Assembly: GCA_964291395.2 (NCBI GenBank)
Contig: OZ219857.1
Span: forward strand, 27,143 to 91,142
DNA from: Alphaproteobacteria bacterium
Lineage (GTDB): Bacteria > Pseudomonadota > Alphaproteobacteria > UBA2966
Direction: 5' to 3'
Length of the DNA: 64,000 nucleotides
The translations under genes were made by a program, and so were the position numbers. Below, in pieces: positions 54,897 to 64,000 of this stretch (positions are counted from its first letter, which is position 1; each line of letters begins with the position of its first letter). Under the pieces are notes generated by a model. That model saw nothing but the letters and a program-made list of their open reading frames with translations. It did no database searches and was not told the DNA's origin.

Positions 54897-55727
54897 ATGG
54901 TCGAGCCGAGCATCTTAACCCGGGCCGACGGGACCACAATCGCCTATCGCACGCATACCGGCAAGTCGCCGGGCGTCGTCTTCTGCGGCGGTTTCAACTC
55001 GGACATGACCGGCACCAAGGCACTGGCACTGGACACCCATTGCCGGGAAACCGGTCGCGCCTTCCTCCGTTTCGACTATTTCGGGCATGGCTCGTCTTCC
55101 GGAGAATTTCGGAACGGAACGATCGGCCGCTGGAAGGACGATGCCATCGCGGTCATCGACGACCTCACCGAAGGCCCTCAGATCGTTGTCGGTTCGAGCA
55201 TGGGCGGCTGGATCATGTTGCTTGCGGCCCTGGCGCGGCCGTCGCGCGTCGCGGGACTTCTGGGCATCGCGCCGGCCCCGGATTTCACCGAGGATCTGAT
55301 GTGGGCCGAGTTCGACGACGGCACACGGGAGATCCTCCAGCGTGATGGCGTCTATCTGCAACCTTCGGAATACAACAACGAGCCTTACGCCATCACGCTC
55401 CACCTGATCGAGGAAGGTCGAAACCACCTGCTCCTCCGGGAGACGGTGAGACTGACCTGTCCCCTGCGGGTCCTTCAGGGCATGAACGACCCCGACGTTC
55501 CCTGGCGCCACGCACTGAGGCTCATCGAGGCCTATGAAGGGGCCGACGTAGAAGTCACGTTTGTAAAGGGAGGTGATCATCGATTGTCCGAACCCAACGA
55601 CATCGCTCGGCTTCTCCGCACGGTCGACGAGCTCGCGGGCATAGTGGAAGGGGTTAACCCGCCGCAAGTACGGACAGACCGGCACGGTAGTTCGGGTATC
55701 GCAGTGTCACGCCAAGATCTTTCTTGA
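54897..55727 (+). CDS. Alpha/beta-fold hydrolase
   Basis: ATG at 54897 (MVEPSILTRADGTTIAYR…). Nucleophile elbow 'VVGSSMGGW' and a late 'GGDHRL' (His). Confidence 0.8.
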   Translation: MVEPSILTRADGTTIAYRTHTGKSPGVVFCGGFNSDMTGTKALALDTHCRETGRAFLRFDYFGHGSSSGEFRNGTIGRWKDDAIAVIDDLTEGPQIVVGSSMGGWIMLLAALARPSRVAGLLGIAPAPDFTEDLMWAEFDDGTREILQRDGVYLQPSEYNNEPYAITLHLIEEGRNHLLLRETVRLTCPLRVLQGMNDPDVPWRHALRLIEAYEGADVEVTFVKGGDHRLSEPNDIARLLRTVDELAGIVEGVNPPQVRTDRHGSSGIAVSRQDLS

Positions 55728-56526
55728 TGCGATCGTTCCGGACCCGCCGGCACTCTGCGTAGAAAGACCGCTCAATTTCCGTGAGTTCCGCTTCATCGAA
55801 CGAGACCAGGGGCGGCACCTCGCACCCCGCGAGGTCGCACGCGAAAGCGACGACATCCTGAGGGGGCGCCGGTTCGTCGTCACAAACGTTATAGATGGCG
55901 CCCGGATCAGGCCGTTCCATTGAAGCGCGCAAGACCTGAACGATATCCGAAACGTGTATGCGCGAGAAAACCTGACCGGGCTTGAGGATTCGCCTTGCCG
56001 TTCCCCGCCGAGCCGATTCGACCGGATTTCGTCCGGGTCCGTAGATGCCCGCCAGACGGAAAACGTGAACCGGTACGTTCTTACGCCGACTCAGGTCCAG
56101 CCAGGCTCGCTCGGCCGCTGCGCGGCGGATGCTTCGTTCGGTCCCAGGACGGCACTCCGAAGTCTCGTCGACCCAACCGCCGCGACGATCACCATAAACT
56201 CCAACCGTGGAGAGGTAACCGATCCACGACAGGGATTGCATCGATCCGATGTCGGCACCATGGCAGTCGAGGACGGGATCGCCCTTCGAATCCGGAGGCA
56301 CGGAGACGAGCACGTGCGTGACGCCGGCCAATGTCCGCGTCGGCCAAGGCAGAGGACGATCCCGGTCGAAGACGTACGTCCGGGTCCCGTCAGATCTGGG
56401 TCTGTCGCGAGACCCGTCCCCTCTGGAAGTCCCAGAGATCACCCAGTCCTCGAATGGAAGCGACGCAGCCAATGCCCGGGCGGTGTAGCCGAGGCCGAAA
56501 CAGAACATGGCCTTGTCGTTCGTCAC
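55654..56526 (-). CDS. NAD(P)-binding Rossmann-fold protein (atypical SDR/epimerase-like)
   Basis: GTG at 56526, or ATG at 56508 ('MFCFGLGYTARALA'). 'HVFRLAGIYGPGRN' is typical of the extended-SDR fold. Its 3' end overlaps the convergent hydrolase gene by 74 nt. Confidence 0.65.
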   Translation of the reverse strand: MTNDKAMFCFGLGYTARALAASLPFEDWVISGTSRGDGSRDRPRSDGTRTYVFDRDRPLPWPTRTLAGVTHVLVSVPPDSKGDPVLDCHGADIGSMQSLSWIGYLSTVGVYGDRRGGWVDETSECRPGTERSIRRAAAERAWLDLSRRKNVPVHVFRLAGIYGPGRNPVESARRGTARRILKPGQVFSRIHVSDIVQVLRASMERPDPGAIYNVCDDEPAPPQDVVAFACDLAGCEVPPLVSFDEAELTEIERSFYAECRRVRNDRIKKDLGVTLRYPNYRAGLSVLAAG

Positions 56527-56614
56527 GGAAAACCGTCCATTTTTTCGGAGCCGAGACTTGCGCCCACTCCCGATCTACTCGACTCTTGGGGTCATGCCAA
56601 GGACAGGCTCTCGA

Positions 56615-57397
56615 ATGCGCTTATGGTGCCGGTGGCTTGCGAGAGCCATCCCGGCCGGAGCCGCATGCGCCTTTGCCGCCGCCGCTTTTATCGGCCCCGC
56701 AAAGGCCGCGGTCGATGAGGAACGCTATGCCGCATGTATCGCAAAAATCGAAAGCGATCCACGCGATGCGTTCGACACGGCGGTGTTCTGGCGATTCATG
56801 GGCGGCGGCATTCCGGCCGCACACTGCGCCGGCTTGGCGCTCATCCGCCTGGGTCAGCACAAGTATGGGGCCGAGCGGCTCGAAACCGTGGTCCGCAAGA
56901 TGCGGAACTCGGACGACTTCAACGAGCCGGCCAAGATCGCCGAAGTCCTGGCACAGGCCGGGCATGGTTGGATGCTTACAGGCGATCCCGCACGCGCCAG
57001 GCATCTGTTCACCAAGGCACTGGAGTTCAAGCCGGGAACCGCAGAGTATTTCGTCGACAGATCCCTCGCAGCCATTGACCTTCGGGACTTTCGCGCGGCC
57101 GCAGGCGACCTGGATGCAGCGGTCAAGTTCGACCCGGAAAGTACCGATGCTTACGCCTTTCGCGCCCGAGTTCGCCGAAAACTGGGTGACGTCGAGGGAG
57201 CGATCGCCGATGCCGAGCGTGCGGTCTCGCTGGACGCCAACCACGTCCCCGCTTTGCTCGAACGCGGTTCGCTTCGGCGGCTCATGAATGACAGCGAAGG
57301 TGCCCGCGCCGACTGGCAGCGCGTGGTCGAAGTGGCGCCGGACAGCTCCGAGGCGGTTGCGGCGAAGGCAATGCTCAAGGCTCTCGAAAGCCAATAG
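56615..57397 (+). CDS. Tetratricopeptide-repeat protein with signal peptide
   Basis: Start chosen at the ATG at 56615 (MRLWCRWLARAIPAGAACAFAAAAFIGPAKA/AV). Repeated TPR-like 34-aa units follow ('…AIADAERAVSLDANHVPALLERGSL…'). Alternative starts are at 56594 and 56507. Confidence 0.65.
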   Translation: MRLWCRWLARAIPAGAACAFAAAAFIGPAKAAVDEERYAACIAKIESDPRDAFDTAVFWRFMGGGIPAAHCAGLALIRLGQHKYGAERLETVVRKMRNSDDFNEPAKIAEVLAQAGHGWMLTGDPARARHLFTKALEFKPGTAEYFVDRSLAAIDLRDFRAAAGDLDAAVKFDPESTDAYAFRARVRRKLGDVEGAIADAERAVSLDANHVPALLERGSLRRLMNDSEGARADWQRVVEVAPDSSEAVAAKAMLKALESQ

Positions 57398-57407
57398 CGC
57401 ACGTCTT

Positions 57408-58583
57408 TCATTCAGCCGTTCCGTCCCATTCCGACAACACCTCGGAGTCGCGTTCCGCCGGGCGAAGCTCGGCACGTTTCGCGCTGAACCTGTCCTCGCC
57501 GACGAGCTCCCGGAATGCCCAAACGGCGGCGGCGCGTACCAAGGATGAGGTATCGAAAAGGCAGGTCTCGACGACCGGAACGGACTGTTCGTTCCCGCTA
57601 TTGCCAAGCGCGATCAGGACATTGCGGACGAATCGGTCGCGACCCGTACGCTTGATCGGGGACCTCGAGAACATGTGCCTGAACCGGGTGTCGTCCAGCC
57701 GCGCCAACTCCGCAAGGCGGGGAGCGGTCAACTCGGCGCGCGGCAGAAACGCGGCCTCCCTGGACATGCGCGCGAATTTGTTCCAGGGGCAAACGGCCAA
57801 GCAGTCGTCGCACCCGTATATGCGATTGCCCATCGCTTTCCGGAACTCCGCGGGAATGGCGCCCTTGTGCTCAATAGTCAGATAGGAGATGCAACGCCGG
57901 GCATCGAGTCGGTAAGGTGCCGGGAAGGCGGCTGTCGGGCATATGTCGAGGCAGCTTCGGCAGGATCCGCAGTGATCGGTCTCCGCACGATCCGGCACGA
58001 GTTCCAGCGTGGTGAAAATCTCTCCCAGGAACGACCATGACCCCAGCTCTCGGGAGACCAGGTTCGTATGCTTGCCTTGCCAGCCGATGCCGGCGGCCGC
58101 GGCCAACGGCTTCTCCAGAACCGGTGCGGTATCGACGAAGACTTTCGCCTGCGCCGCATGTCGCTCGGAAATCCATCGCGCGAGGCGCTTGAGTTTGGAT
58201 TTGACGATGTCGTGGTAATCGCGGCCTCGGGCGTAGACCGAGACGGACCCGACATCGGGCTGACTCAAAAGCGCCAGAGGATCACCGGGAAGGCGGTAGT
58301 TTACGCCCACCACGACGATCGACCTGACCTCGGGCCAAAGCGACCGGGGATGCGCGCGCAACTCGGCCTTGGCAGCCAACCACGCCATGTCTCCGTGCCA
58401 GCCCCGATCGATGAAGTCCTGCAGGCGAGACCCCGCATCCCCGATGCCGTCTGGGGTCGTGATTCCGACGACGTCGAACCCTTCCTCAAGAGCGCGTGCA
58501 CGGATTTCCGCGCCCGCCGAGATCGGGTCGTGCTCAACTCCGTTCATGTTCCCGTGGCTATCCCTTAACGGTTCCGTCGCCAC
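57408..58583 (-). CDS. queG: tRNA epoxyqueuosine(34) reductase
   Basis: 'CGSCRSCLDICPTAAF' and 'CDDCLAVCPWN' 4Fe-4S motifs, plus a C-terminal HEAT-like repeat. The N-terminal start is ambiguous (Met at 58583 or 58547). Confidence 0.85.
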   Translation of the reverse strand: MATEPLRDSHGNMNGVEHDPISAGAEIRARALEEGFDVVGITTPDGIGDAGSRLQDFIDRGWHGDMAWLAAKAELRAHPRSLWPEVRSIVVVGVNYRLPGDPLALLSQPDVGSVSVYARGRDYHDIVKSKLKRLARWISERHAAQAKVFVDTAPVLEKPLAAAAGIGWQGKHTNLVSRELGSWSFLGEIFTTLELVPDRAETDHCGSCRSCLDICPTAAFPAPYRLDARRCISYLTIEHKGAIPAEFRKAMGNRIYGCDDCLAVCPWNKFARMSREAAFLPRAELTAPRLAELARLDDTRFRHMFSRSPIKRTGRDRFVRNVLIALGNSGNEQSVPVVETCLFDTSSLVRAAAVWAFRELVGEDRFSAKRAELRPAERDSEVLSEWDGTAE

Positions 58584-58592
58584 ACGGCACGT

Positions 58593-59261
58593 CTAGAAAT
58601 CCAGATTGCCGTAGTGCTTTGGAGGTGACAATCCCGGAATGTGATCCGCCAACAAACCCCGAAAGGACGGTCTCGACTTGATACGTGCGTACCAATCCTT
58701 GGCCTCGGCATGGTCTTTCCACGGCACATCGCCAAGGTAATCGAGACAGGACAGGTGGGCGGCGGCGGTGAGGTCGGCAAGGCTCAAATCACTTCCGGCG
58801 AGCCAACGGCGCCGATCGGTCAGATAGGCGATGTAGTCCAGATGGTGGTCGATGTTGTGATAGGCGGCCCGCAAAGCGCCGGAATCGGGCTCTCCCATAC
58901 CCATGAACCGTTTCGTCACCTTTTCATTCAACAGATGGCGAGTGACCTCGCCGTGAAACTTGAGGTCGAACCAGCGCACCAGACGGCGGATTTCAGACTT
59001 CTCGCGCGGTGTTCCCGAAATCAACCGCGGTTCAGGACAGGTTTCCTCGAGGTATTCACAGATCGCGTCACTTTCGGAAACCACGGCACCATCCCTATCG
59101 ACGAAGACGGGCACCAGCCCCGTGGGGTTGAGTCTCAGAAACTCCTCGCGCCGTTCCCAGACAGGCTCGACGACCATCTCGTATTCGAGGCATTTCTCCT
59201 CCAACACCAGGCGGACCTTGCGGCAAAACGGTGAGAGCCAGATGTGGAAGAGCCTGCGCAT
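58593..59261 (-). CDS. Glutathione S-transferase family protein
   Basis: ATG at 59261 (MRRLFHIWLSPFCRKVRLVLEEK…). 'LVPVFVD…VSESDAICEYL' G-site motif. The listed start at 59309 is a TTG. Confidence 0.85.
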   Translation of the reverse strand: MRRLFHIWLSPFCRKVRLVLEEKCLEYEMVVEPVWERREEFLRLNPTGLVPVFVDRDGAVVSESDAICEYLEETCPEPRLISGTPREKSEIRRLVRWFDLKFHGEVTRHLLNEKVTKRFMGMGEPDSGALRAAYHNIDHHLDYIAYLTDRRRWLAGSDLSLADLTAAAHLSCLDYLGDVPWKDHAEAKDWYARIKSRPSFRGLLADHIPGLSPPKHYGNLDF

Positions 59262-59305
59262 GTTGCGCCGATATGGTCGAACGCCAAACGACAAGCGGTT
59301 CCTGG

Positions 59306-63856
<4,551 letters not shown>

Positions 63857-63875
63857 ATCCGCTCCTCCGCCCTAC

Positions 63876-64000
63876 CTAGCTCGCCAGAGCCATTTCAATC
63901 GCTGCGGGTTCGCGTTTGGCCCGCAAGTACCGGTCAATGCTGGCTGCGGCGTCCCGGGCGTCACGAATGGCCCACACCACCAGGGACGCGCCCCGCACGA
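63876..64000 (-). CDS. gltD: Glutamate synthase small-subunit paralog, C-terminal end only (continues beyond the window)
   Basis: The minus-strand translation '…[39 protein letters not shown]' parallels '…[25 protein letters not shown]' of the gltD at 29754. Its stop is 19 nt upstream of the gltB paralog start. Confidence 0.7.
   Translation of the reverse strand, partial: VRGASLVVWAIRDARDAAASIDRYLRAKREPAAIEMALAS

Overview
GC-rich chromosomal segment that looks alphaproteobacterial. All calls come from reading the supplied translations and DNA by eye; no database search was run. I can support about 58 protein-coding calls, one tRNA-Ser(GGA), no rRNA and no CRISPR. Most of the window is core metabolism and translation: yejBEF peptide ABC transporter, M17 aminopeptidase, isocitrate lyase with a RamB-like regulator, ilvA, lepA, and the thrS-infC-rpmI-rplT-pheS-pheT block, queG and a GST. 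There are two glutamate synthase loci with opposite gene order, and the large subunit of the first one carries a 1-nt frameshift. Accessory or unusual parts: (i) about 21.07-22.16 kb is a decayed mobile-DNA scar holding IS110-like and IS4-like transposase remnants, a vapB antitoxin with a truncated vapC, a 24-bp direct repeat and a 10-bp tandem array. (ii) Next to it lies a small autotransporter with an unrecognised, less GC-rich passenger. (iii) There is a compact soxYZ plus flavocytochrome-c sulfide dehydrogenase plus YeeE sulfur module, with no soxAXBCD in the window. (iv) My best candidate for an undescribed system is a LysR-flanked, translationally coupled three-gene operon at 38.2-41.6 kb. 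It encodes an M19 'dipeptidase' homolog that has lost the canonical alpha-metal ligands, a 569-aa protein I cannot assign to any family, and a DUF3726-like protein. Many very long ORFs in the track are antisense or out-of-frame shadows typical of high-GC DNA and were not called.
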